Shown here one piece after another: positions 37,030 through 48,649 of a stretch of 64,000 nucleotides of DNA (its first letter is position 1; each line of letters starts with the position of its first letter). The notes below the pieces were generated by a model, which saw nothing but the letters and a program-made list of their open reading frames with translations, made no database searches and was not told the DNA's origin. The stretch is from Octopus bimaculoides (lineage: Eukaryota): contig NC_068995.1 of the NCBI RefSeq assembly GCF_001194135.2, positions 28,053,863-28,117,862 of the forward strand, written 5' to 3'. Made by a program: the position numbers and the translations under genes.

Positions 37030-38900
37030 TTGTAACCTTGTTTTTTCACATGTACCATTAAATTTTGAATCCTATCTAAAAACATTCCAACTATATTTAT
37101 TATTCTACTCTATCTAATTACTTAACTGGAAAACATACAACCGATCCACAGAGAAATTGTAGCCCATGGCAATGATGCAATGCATCAAAATTGTTTGACC
37201 AAACCTATCCTTTTACTACAGCATAGATCATTAAGGATATCGAATTTGCATGAAGACAAATATAAAATCTGTTAAAAAAGGGCTACAATTACCACACATT
37301 AGAATCCCCTTAATTTGTCTAAAACTATCCCAGCAGATGTAACATTTATTATTAACAATAAAGCTGACCATCTCCTTTAGTCTACTTTTACTAAAACATG
37401 TATAACCATCAAATCTACACTTAGACAAAAAAAAAAAAACCTTCACCTTTTTAATAGAAATATACTTATAACCCTTATCAAACACTAAATATATCTTTTC
37501 AAATCAAGATTAGTGTAGTGTAGAAAAATCATAAACATGCATGATCTTAATTACTTTAACACTTTGTAGTTTAAAAATTTGTTATTGGACCTTATGCTCC
37601 AAAATAGGCTTACCCCAGAATTCCAAAAGATTAATTCACAGTGTCCATAAAGTATTATCTAACAGTATTTAAAGCTCCATTAAGCAATAAAGATAGTAGC
37701 TAGGACATTTTCTGGAACCGCAATAAATCTACTTTTATATAGTACCTAGAAATCAAAAACAATTTTCCACTTCAGGTATTAATTTTCTTATTACCTTGGT
37801 AGTTTTATTCAGTACAATCCTATATGTACTATTACCTTTAAAGCTAAAGTCACTGCTTACTCACCAGTCATAACCTAATACCATTTTGAAATATATTTTC
37901 CCTGCTGCTTTATCTGCCAGTATTATAATGTACTTATCATGTAATGCACTAATATACTCCTTAACTTCAGGTTTACTTAAAGCTGATTCACTTCCTATTG
38001 AGTCATTCATTCTTCTAATATGTTTCACTGATTAAATAAAAACTTCTCTGGAGAGTTTTCAATGACTAGTTCAAATACGTATGCAAGTGTAAAAAGACCA
38101 TAATTGTATGGGCCAGCATGGAGATTAGTAATTTGAACTTGAACTGAAGGAATTATGTTTGTTTGTGGCAAGTAGAGTGTTGTTATCTGTGTAGTTAGCT
38201 CTTGTAATGCTGGTAAATTTAAGTTGTCATAAACATCTCTGAAAAAATTGGTTGATAAAATAGAATTATTGTTTTTGATGTGATGGATAAACAATGTGCA
38301 GTTTGGACTATATGTTAGAAATTCCATGTGAGAAAAAATGGTAGGTTGTATTGGAATTTCAGGAAAATTTTCAGCTATTATTTTTCAAGCCAGTGCCAAC
38401 AAGTTTGTTACATAACATTTACCCCAAAAGTAAAAATGACTTCTCCTCATATTTCAAACCAAATGTTCTCAACCAATATGTTCCCTTGTTCATTAGCTCA
38501 GAGGAATGAGAAATCAACTTTTTCTCAAAGTTTGTCAGACAATTATACAAATTCTTCTTAATGTCTGCACCAAGCGGTATTAATTTTGAATTATAGTGTT
38601 GAATAATAGTGTCCATTATGTAAAATGAATTGCTCTCACCAATCAATTTAAACTTTTGAAGCAATGAATCGTCAGGCTGTGATGTACACACATTGGTATG
38701 TTTGATATAAGATCTTCAGGTATAATCTGTTCTTATCTGCATGTATCCAGAAATGATAAATGGCTTCTCATTTTTTAAAATTCATATTTGAATGGTACAA
38801 AATCCATTGGTTCAGGATTGGGCTCGACACTGGGGTCTAGTGAAACTACTGGGCTGACAAAATAACAGGTGAATTTCATCACATTTACACAAGACTATTT
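37030..38900 (-). mobile_element. Naiad/Chlamys-type Penelope-like retroelement remnant with a Ulp1/C48-like module
   Basis: RT motifs LHDKYIIILADKA, YKSRFIA, NSGVSLFWSI, VYDFSTL, RQIKGILMCGNCSPFLTD, thumb ..R.SRI...F..R.....KQGY; upstream N-terminal RSHLSFL..C...IIP and a protease-like block (38025-38420). Confidence 0.75.
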
Positions 38901-39513
38901 GACTAAATATTCTTTTTGCTTTTACCATGCTTGTATACTGATTTTATTAATATCATGCTACTAAAAACATTTCATGGACTACATAGAATAACATATAGGT
39001 CATTGTTGCTTAACTCTGGATAAACTTTGATTAAAGGCATTAGAACTATGTCCATGCCTTCTTTGTTTCAGGTAAAGTGTAGCTCTGAGTACATTATATC
39101 CAATGTAAATAATGTTTTCCTTTTAAGCTAGTAGTGTGAGGTTCTAGAGAATTGGTGTGCAATTTCAAGCAAATATTTATCCATGCAAATATTATCCTCA
39201 TTTTCCTAATAGATTGCTTGTTCATTACAAGGTAATTCTCCTACATAAACCCGTGCATATTTTCTAGATAATTAAACTGAGACATAACATTAAATGTTTG
39301 TAGTCATGAATCCACAACCATTAAATTATCCATCTGACTATTAAATTAACTTCCATTTGAAATACCTTAAAAAATGTTTGGAAATGCACTTTTTAATAAT
39401 ATGAATCTTTCATAAATAGAGGATTGTGAAGACTAGCAGTTCTCTGTAACTAATTAAAAAATAAAAGTAACCATAAAAGAAATATTTTGGAATCCTTTTT
39501 GGATCTTCCTTAC

Positions 39514-39621
39514 TTGTATTTGAAGAGAGTTATAAGACTCCTTTAAAATATCAATTTCTGATAGAAATTTCTTGGTAGCTGGTTGTTCATCGGCTGATAG
39601 ATGTGTTTGCTTCAGATGGAA
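39514..39621 (-). CDS. CEP97: CEP97-like exon (FHLKQTHLSADEQPATKKFLSEIDILKESYNSLQIQ), phase 0->0
   Basis: Acceptor catgtttcttttcag|, donor TACAA|gtaagg; 108 nt; only phase 0 is open. Confidence 0.8.
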
Positions 39622-40317
39622 CTGAAAAGAAACATGGAATAAATTTACAAAAAAAAGTAGATAAAGGAGTGAAACTTCTTGATCTTATAATTAAGAAAAT
39701 AAGTTTTTAACCAACAGCTTTCATTAAAATTGAAATTAAGCACTATATGCAGATTAGCTTGTTTGAATGGCTTTACAATAGTTTTCTTCATTGTTGCAGG
39801 CTAGATCTAAACTGGAATTCTGAAACAGACAGCTTGTTCATGCCTGCACACTGATTTTATCAATATCTTGAACTACAGTGATTAACCAGATGTGTTGTTG
39901 CTAAAGTGGATAAACTTTCTTCAAAAGTATTCTATGTCCATACCATATGCAAATCTAGTTGATTTCAAGATTTGTCAAAGCATTTTTTACAATTATGTGT
40001 CCTTCTTGACAGCTGTCCTTCAATAAATAAACACTACTTATGATTAAAGATGAATGAAAGAGAAAACAACTTCAATTATGGGTCAGTTGATCTGCTGTTT
40101 GGTACCAAATGACTAACATTATCAAGTTAGGATATTAAGCTCTTTATAAAATATTTGAAATTTCTAAAAATTATTCTTTCTCTAAAGATAAAAACTGTTT
40201 TCAAAATGAAATATCTCTCAATTTCAAATCATGATATTATCACTTGCAATAACTACTGATGATGTCATTAGTCACTCACTCAACTTCAAAACATTCACAA
40301 ACTGCAACACATACTAT

Positions 40318-41095
40318 ACTAGAATGAAAAATGCGAGTAAGGGATAACAACAACAATATTTAGTAAACCTGGAAAAATACAGGACAAGAAGTAAGCCTAA
40401 AATAAAAGAAAAGAGCTTAAAATACTGCAGCTAAATATAAAATTCAATAAAAATAATCTGATGCTTTATCATAAATTCCCATGTATCAAGTAAAAACTGC
40501 TTTAAGATTTTTGAAATAGAGATTCATTTTTGCCTGTCTATTATTAATATAATGCTATAAGGATGATCTTTATTTTCTTTCATTATGATTAACTCTATGA
40601 CATCTGCATTTGATCTGACAAACAGTTAACTAACTAAAAATAAAAATTTTAAAAGTGAAGTAAAATAATTTTGCCAAAAATAAAATGAAAACATTTAATT
40701 ACTTAAATAGGCTTAAATTTTACAATAGTCAAACATTTAATTTATTTACCCACTTTCTTTATATTTGTAAAATATTTTAGTAAATAAAAAAAATTTAACT
40801 ACTAATGTTACAAAATATAACCACTTTATTTTCATATATTAAAATGATTTAAAATTTATTTACAGTTAAGCTTAGCAATAGTGAAATAATTTGGGTGAAA
40901 GATGGTTGATCAGTATTGAATGGCTTGGCTTTTTTGAATATTTTATTTAATTGGCAACCCATTCAAATTTTATTTGAGCAGCAATATTTTACGCTCTTTT
41001 CTTTTATTTTAGGCTTACTTCTTGTCCCGTATTTTTCCAGGTTTATTAAATACTTAAGAATATTGTTAGCCCTTGCTTGCATTTTTCATTCTAGT
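40318..41095. repeat. About 128-bp inverted repeat pair with about 520-bp AT-rich spacer
   Basis: actagaatgaaaaatgc...aaacctggaaaaatac.ggacaagaagtaagcctaaaataaaagaaaagagc at 40318-40445 and its reverse complement at 40966-41095. Confidence 0.9.
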
Positions 41096-41474
41096 CCACT
41101 TTTTTTACAGGTGGTGCAGAAAAAATTAGTAGTTTTTATTCTAATGATAAATTTAGCTTACTTTTTTTATATTATTTCATTTCTTATTGATCTTTAATTG
41201 ATTCCTATTCATTTTTGTTAGAAATTCTAAATTGAATAGTATTTTCTTTACATTGAGTATTATGAAATCTGCCTATTTAGAAATAATTTTTTAATTAATA
41301 TTTATCAGAAATAAAATTTTTTAAAAAGAGAGCTGTAATAAAAAAACTATAAAGCACTAATTATAAGTAATGAGGAAAAAATGAATTAGGAGAAAAGGTC
41401 AACTAAAAAAAACAAAGCAAAACAATTATAGACTGGATTTTATGTTTGCCTTGGATTGACAAGTTGTCATTTAA

Positions 41475-42718
41475 CCCTTTTGCCACCAACCCGGCTGAAA
41501 AATTTTTTGGTTCAAATGACCAACCTGGCTGTAGCTGGCCGAGAGTACCCATAGATATTTAAATGTGAATTTGAACACAAATTTTGTTAATACATCCATG
41601 GAAACATGTGATTTCACTTTGTAAATAGTTGAGTAATAGTATCCGATATTATTTGTCGTGATATCTGAACTCAGTGAATTTTAGGAGATTTTTTTCCACA
41701 TTTTTTCAGCGTCAATTTTTTCAACTTTGAAAATGGATAGGAGTTTCATGCTGTCAAGCAGTGATTCTGAATTTGAGGGTTTGTCAACGGAAGATATAGA
41801 GATATTGAGAAAAAGAATGAATGAAGTACAAAAGCACATGGTGTACAAGAATCATCATCATCATCATCGTTTAACGTCCGCTTTCCAGAGGCTGCACCAA
41901 GCTCAATCTGATCTGGCAAAGTTTCTACAGCTGGATGCCCTTCCTAATGCCAACTACTCCGAGAGTGTAGTAGATGCTTTTACATGACACCGGCACAAAA
42001 GCCAGTCAGGCGGTTTTGGTAATGACCACGCTCAAAAGATGTTTTTTACATGCTACCTGCATGGGAGTCAGTCCGGAGGCACTGGCAATGACCACACTCG
42101 AATGTTGTTTTCCACATGCCACCGGCACATGTGCCAGTAGGGTGACTCTGGCAAGGATCACGCTCAAATGGTGCTTTTCACATGCCACTGGCATGGGAGC
42201 CAATCCGTGGCCCTGGCAACAATCACGCTTGGATGTGCTTTTAACGTTCCACTGGCACGAGTGCCAATCAGGCGGTACTGTTATCAGCCATGCCAGCGAT
42301 TCTGATTTGTTTTCACTTGCCTCAATAGGTCTTTGCAAGCAAAGTTCATTGTCCAATGAATGAGGGGTACTCATAAGTGGGTTAGTTACACCCACTGGCA
42401 TAGGCCATGGGCCATGGTCACACTTGGCTTGTTGGATCTTCCCAGGCACAGCATATCTCCAAAGGTCTCGGTCACTAGTCATATTTTGCTCAGTTTACCA
42501 GTATTGACCTGTAATTAGAGTCAGTTTGAGACAATAGTTATGCAATAGAATTGATTAAGAACCCTTTCTTCAATTGTGCTCCAAAAATCACATTAATATG
42601 TTGATAAGTAAAAAGGTTACAGTTGTTTAATGAAACTGGTCTAAATTCATGATTATTTTAGAATTTAATTGAAACTCATGAGGGGTGTACTTTGATCAGA
42701 AATACAGTAATGAAAGGG
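41475..42718 (+). mobile_element. Non-autonomous piggyBac-like element carrying an RTE 3'-end insertion (41851-42482)
   Basis: TTAA|CCCTTT ... AAAGGG|TTAA ends; acidic MDRSFMLSSSDSEFEGLSTEDI stub interrupted by (CAT)n plus RTE 3' UTR on the minus strand. Confidence 0.6.
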
Positions 42719-43169
42719 TTAAGTATCTTTGTAATTGCAAGTAAGACAGATAATTACAATTATATAAATATTTATAAACATAATTAATATTAGATCTGCT
42801 GTAATACATATAATTTATAAAGTTTGTATAGTTATTTAATGCGCCAAGAAAAAACATACGAAAAAAATGAAAACACACAAATTCCATGTAAAAAAATAAG
42901 AAATAAATTTATGCATAAAGAAAAAAGTAGCTAATAATAATGCTAAGAGAATGAAAAAACATTTTTTAGAGCAATAAGAGCATTCTAGTTTGCTTTTTCA
43001 CTTTGTGATATCGGACAATGTGAAAAGAGAGAAAAGCTAGGGCCCATCTTCATAAGAAAAATAGTCTGGGGAATGTCCAGTTACGCAGGGTCCATTAACC
43101 CATTCCCTAGTGTTTTGTAGCAGTAGAAGTCAGTTGTCACAGCAGTCACACTCCGAACATAGGTGTAAA

Positions 43170-44280
43170 CAAAACAAAATGAAACAACAAATTATCACAT
43201 TTTTTCATTACTTAAAGCTTCTTAACATTTTTCTATCTAATATCTTTTAATGAGGTCTTCACCAAAAGATTCTACTCATCGAGTTCTATAAGGGTGTAAT
43301 TGAAGTATAGTTTGCTTTTCAAATACCTGAGATATTTTGAGTCAAAGTCAATTTTAGGCATTACTTAACAATTTTTTGGCTACTTAAACCTGCATAACTT
43401 TTTTTCTATCTAATATCTTTTAATGAGGCCTTCACCAAAAGAATCTACTTGTTAAATTTTTCTAAAAGGGCATATTTAAAATTTAGTTTTTCCTTTTAAT
43501 AACTGAGAAATTATGAGTGAAAGTAAATTTTAAATGTTACCCATTTTTGGCCTACATTTTTTTTATCATAACCAAAATCAGATTATCTTATGTTAAAATG
43601 TAGCCCATCACTGCTTCATCATAGTACAAAAAACTGAATTAAGATTGAGCTAAAACTGAATTAGTGGTAAAGCATTGAATTGGCTGCGAATGAGTAAAAA
43701 TTGACCTTAAGAATATTATTCACACATTGCCATGTATGAATGATAAACACAACAAAACAAAACAATTATCACTCTCTTTTCATTACTTAAAGCTGCATAA
43801 CATTTTTCGAGTTCTTCTAAAAGGGTGTAATTGAAGTATAGTTTGCTTTTCAAATACCTGAGATATTTTGAGTTAAAGTCAATTTTAGGCGTCACCAATT
43901 TTTTGGCTACTTAAACCTGCATAACATTTTACTATCTAATATCTTTTAACAAGGCCTTCACCAAAAGATTCTACTTGTCGAGTTCTTCTAAAAGAGTATA
44001 ATCAAAGTATAGTTTTTTCTCTTAAATAACCAAGAAATTACGAGTGAAGGTACATGTCAGGCATTACTCTCCCATTTTTGGCCCTACATTTTTTATAACT
44101 TTTTTTCTACTGAATCAAAATTAGATTATTTTATGTTGGAATGCAGCTTACCACTGGTTCATCATAGTGCAAAAAACTGAATTAAGATAGAGCTGAATTA
44201 GTGGTAAAGCATCAAACTCACTGCAAATGAGTAAAAGTTGACCTTAAGAATATTATTCACACACCATGTGTGAATGATTT
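43170..44280. repeat. Two tandem copies (about 550 bp) of a complex repeat with internal sub-repeats
   Basis: ctatctaatatcttttaa..aggccttcaccaaaaga.tctact occurs 3 times; gaattagtggtaaagcat...gagtaaaa.ttgaccttaagaatattattcacac occurs twice. Confidence 0.85.
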
Positions 44281-44454
44281 CAGATTTCCATCATCAACAT
44301 TTTAACATTCATTTTCCTACATTGCATGTATTGAATAGTCTGTAGTATAGCATACCACAACTTATTTTAATCTTTTGTCATTTCATCCAGAGCAATACAG
44401 TCATTTCTTTATACTTTTAATGTCTAGCAGCTCACTCAGTCCATCTATGCTCTA

Positions 44455-47400
44455 TCTCATCATCATCATTGTTTGATGTCCGTTTTCCATGCTGGCATGG
44501 GTTGGATGGTTTGATTGAGGTCTGGAGAGCCAGCGGCTGCACCAGGCTCCAATCTGATCTCGCAATGTTTCTACAGCTGGATGCCCTTCCTAAGACCAAC
44601 CACTCCGAGAATGTAGTGGGTGCTTTTTACATACCACAGGCACAAGAGCCAGTCAGGCAGACCTGGCATCGATCATGTTCAGGTGGGGCTTTTTACATGC
44701 CACTGGTACAGGAGCCAGCCAGGCAAATCTGGCATCGACCATGTTTGGATGATGCTTTTTATGTGCCACCGGCATGGGAGCCAGTCAGGGGGCATTGGTC
44801 ATAGTTACAATATTGGTTTTATTTGACTCAACAGGTCTTCTCAAGCATATCATATCGCCTGACACATCAGGGGCACTCTTAACTGGGCCAGACATGCATG
44901 GCTGCGATCTCACTTTAGTTGCAGGGTCTTCTCAATCACAGCATATCTCCAAAGGTCTCCGTCTCCAGTCATTGCCTCTGTAAGGCCCAATGTTTGAAGA
45001 TCATGCTTCACCACCTCATCCCATGTCTTCCTGGGTTACCCCTTCCACAGTTAGGGAGTGGCACTTCCTCACACAGCTGTTCTCATCCATGCGTAACACA
45101 TGACCATACCAGTGCAGTTGTCTCTCTTGAACACCACATCTGATGCTTCTTATGCCTAACTTTTCTTTCAGGGTGCTTACACTCTGTCATGTATGCACAC
45201 TGACACTACACATTCAGCTGATCATACTAGCTTAATTTCTTTCAAGCCTACACATGTCCTCAGCAGTCATGGCCCATGTTTCACTGCTGTGTAGCATGGC
45301 AGTTTGCACACATACAACATACAGTCCACCTTTCATCCTGAATGAGAGAGACCCTTAGTTGCCAGCAGAAGTAGGAGCTCTCTGAACTTTGCCCAGGCTA
45401 TTCTTATTCTAGCCACTACACACTCAGAGCAATCACCCCCACCACAGACTTAGTTGCCTAGGTAGCAGAAGCTATTAACTACTTCTAGTTTCTCCCCATG
45501 GCATGTGATGGAATCTGTTTTCTGTACGTCTTCAGTACTTATTGCCCCTGTGCATCTGCCACACACAAAAACTATCTTCCCGGTTAACTTCCTTTGATAT
45601 TGTTGCACCTTTTATGTGTCCATAGCTTACACTGGATACATCGTATGGAGTTTCTACCCATGCCTTTTCTACAGATCAAGCAGGGCATTCTACCTGAAGG
45701 TGTCTGTGATTTGACAGAATTCCTACTTACTTTTGTTTTTGCTAGGTTAACCCTAAGGCCCTTCGATTCTAGACCTTGCTGCCACACCCTAAATTTCGTC
45801 TCTAGTTCTGGCAGTGACTCAGCTATTAGAGCAAAGTCATCATTATAGAGGAGCTCCCAAGGGCAGCCTGTCTTTAATTCCTCTGTTATTGCCTGGAGGA
45901 CTATAACGAATAAGAGGGGGCTCAAGACTGATCCTTGGTGAACCCCTACTTCTATTCGGAATTTTTTTACTATACTTGTTGCCAACTCTCACCTTAGTGA
46001 CAGCATCCCTGTACAGGGTTGTACAGCTCTTACGAAACACTCATCTATCCCCAGTTTCTGCATTGACCACCAGATAAGGGATTGGGGGACCCTGTCAAAG
46101 GCTTTCTCCAAGTCAACAAAAGTCAAGTACAGAGGTTTATCTTTAGCTAGATATTTCTTCTGCAGTTGCCCTACCAGAAATATAGCATCAGTGGTGCTTC
46201 TGCCTGGCACAAAACCAAACTGCATCTCATCTAGGCTAACTCTCTTCCTAATTAGTTGGGCTATGACCCTCTCGGTAACTTTCATTACCTGATCCAATAA
46301 TTTGATACCTCTGTAGTTATTTCTATCTAAAGCATCACCCTTGTAGCAGTTGACTATGGTGCTGCTACACCAGTCATTGGGTGTGACTCTTTCATGTATC
46401 ACCTGATTGACTATAGGAGTGACTAGGCTATGGCTGACACTGCCAGATATTTTAAGCATCTCTGTGGTGATTCTTGATGGACTGGGGGCTTTCCGTGTCT
46501 TCATATCCTTAATTGTTTTATCTACCAGGGTACTGCAGATTCAGGTAGCTGGCCCCTCAATTGAGCCAACCTTTGGCAGACTCTGCTCCTCCCATTCATT
46601 CTCCACATTCAGCAGTCTTTCATAATGGCATCTCCAAGCCTCTTTCTTTACAGAATCATTAAGCGCAAGGGCACCATCATCCATGTAGACACATTTATCT
46701 CCTATGATATCATGGTGTTCTCTCACACACTGTCTTGCAATCCGAAATACCTCAGTTCTTTGGCCCTAACGTCACTGAACATTGGCAAACTTCTTCTTTT
46801 CTGCTACTCCCTTGGCTAAATATACCTGTGTCTTAGCTTCCCTTTTGGCTATCTGATAGATTCTTCTGCTACCCCCGCTCTTCCAGGCCATTTTCTTTGC
46901 TCTAATGGCCCAGTCTATAGTATTGTTCCACCACCATGTTACCCTAGGTCTGGAAGGGACTTTGCACCAGCCACAGATTTGGTCTGTGGCATTTAGCAAG
47001 CTGTCTCGCAGGAATTCCCAGCTGCCTTCTATGTCACAGGACTGTAGCTCCTCCTCCCTCTCATCAAATTTCTTGGTAAGGATATCCCTAAATCTTTGAC
47101 TAGGTGAAGGGTTCTTAAGCTTCCAAGTCCTTCTTTTCTAGATTGATCTGCTTTTTGGCTTCCTTCTGGCCTGTTTAATATCACTAATAACTAGTCTATG
47201 CTGGGGGGTACATTCTTCACTAGTGAGCGTCTTTGTATTTGAGAGCAACCATGCATCCCGCTGTTTGGTGAGAATGAAATCAATCTGGCTAGCAGAGTCA
47301 CCTGATTGATAGGTTATCAGGTGGCTAGCTGGCTTCCTGAAGTTGGTGTTGCAGATCAATAGGCTATTTGCATTGCAGAACTCCAGGAATCTAGTTCCCT

Positions 47401-47490
47401 CTTCATTTCTGAAACCAACTCCATGGTCCCCACCATGGAAGATAGCAGGTTGCTGTCTTACATGCCCATTAAAATCTCCAGTCACAAAGA
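44455..47490 (-). mobile_element. 5'-truncated defective RTE LINE
   Basis: GDFNGHV, NYRGIKLLDQ, QFGFVPG, DLEKAFDRV, HQGSVLSPLLF, YNDD; tandem 3' UTR and (GAT)n tail. Confidence 0.92.
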
Positions 47491-48196
47491 TGAAACCATT
47501 GTAATACTACTTCAGAACAATAGGTCACAGCTAATTCCAGGCTTTTTAGTTATTCTGTAATTGCTGCCCATATCTTACCTTAAATGGGCAAAATTTTGTA
47601 GCCAGTATAGGTAGTATTTCTGTGTTTTTTCCCCATGCATTTCTTAATCTACATATACTTTCACTTCAATCATCTGCCTTCATTAGATTACAGAAACTAT
47701 TTTCACATCTACAAAGCCATCTTTCTTTCATGGTATATTTCCATTGCTAACTACATTAGTCACAACTGAAGATTTTGTTTATGATGATTTTCTGGAAAAC
47801 CTGTATTTGTTCTTAATTCATGTATCATTGTACCAACAACTATAGCAAAGAGCAGTGGAATGGTGATTACCTTTATCATGATCATTCATGTAAAAAGATT
47901 TCCGCATTGTATTTAGATATAAAAAATACTAGTGGTAACATAGAACACTTCCAGTAGATTGGTATTGAAAGGGTACACATTCTCATCATACTCATTTTAC
48001 TTTTTCCTAGTACACAAATTAACTGATAACTTTTTGTTTACATGAGTGAAAAATTTTGTATGAAATTTCTGCTTCTACATTTCCATCCATAACTTTCAAA
48101 ATTATCTTCTTACTTTCTATAATGTAGGAGGACACTACAGTGACCATAGGTTCATCCATTTTCTCTGGAATAAAAATTATAAAGAAGAAAACTTAC

Positions 48197-48272
48197 TTTG
48201 TTGCACAAAACTTGTACAATTTCCATAAGCTGCCTCAGAAGATTGGATTTTTTATCACATTGCATCTGCTGT
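48197..48272 (-). CDS. CEP97: CEP97-like coiled-coil exon (QQMQCDKKSNLLRQLMEIVQVLCNK), phase 2->0
   Basis: Acceptor attggcatttcag|, donor ACAAA|gtaagt; 76 nt; phases bridge the neighbouring exons exactly. Confidence 0.8.
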
Positions 48273-48649
48273 CTGAAATGCCAATAACAATAGTGAAAAA
48301 AAAAAAAGAAAAGAAAATAATAATAAGAAGGCTACAAGAAATGACTAGGAAAGTAGATTCTGTTATCAAGAGGATAGATACTTTATATTTTATGTTGAGC
48401 GCATGATCGATGAACGCCGCTACAGGTAGAAGGGAAGAAATATAAAAATTGCTAGAAACAACAGCCAAATCTCCCTTAAATCACACAAAGTAAACGGAAT
48501 TTTAAAAATCTAATTACTGCACTGGAAAGTTCACGTCAAGAAAATTCCATTGATGTAAAAATTTTTACGAAAAAGTGGAAAATGTGGATTTCTATAAACT
48601 TTTAAAAAGGCTTTACACAGACACACAACTTCACGTTTATTATATATAA

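Noticed and set aside
47570-47800. Strong minus-strand donor TTAAG|gtaaga
   Set aside because: The sequence translates as an RTE remnant (RLRNAWGK..EILPILATK) and has no open exon.
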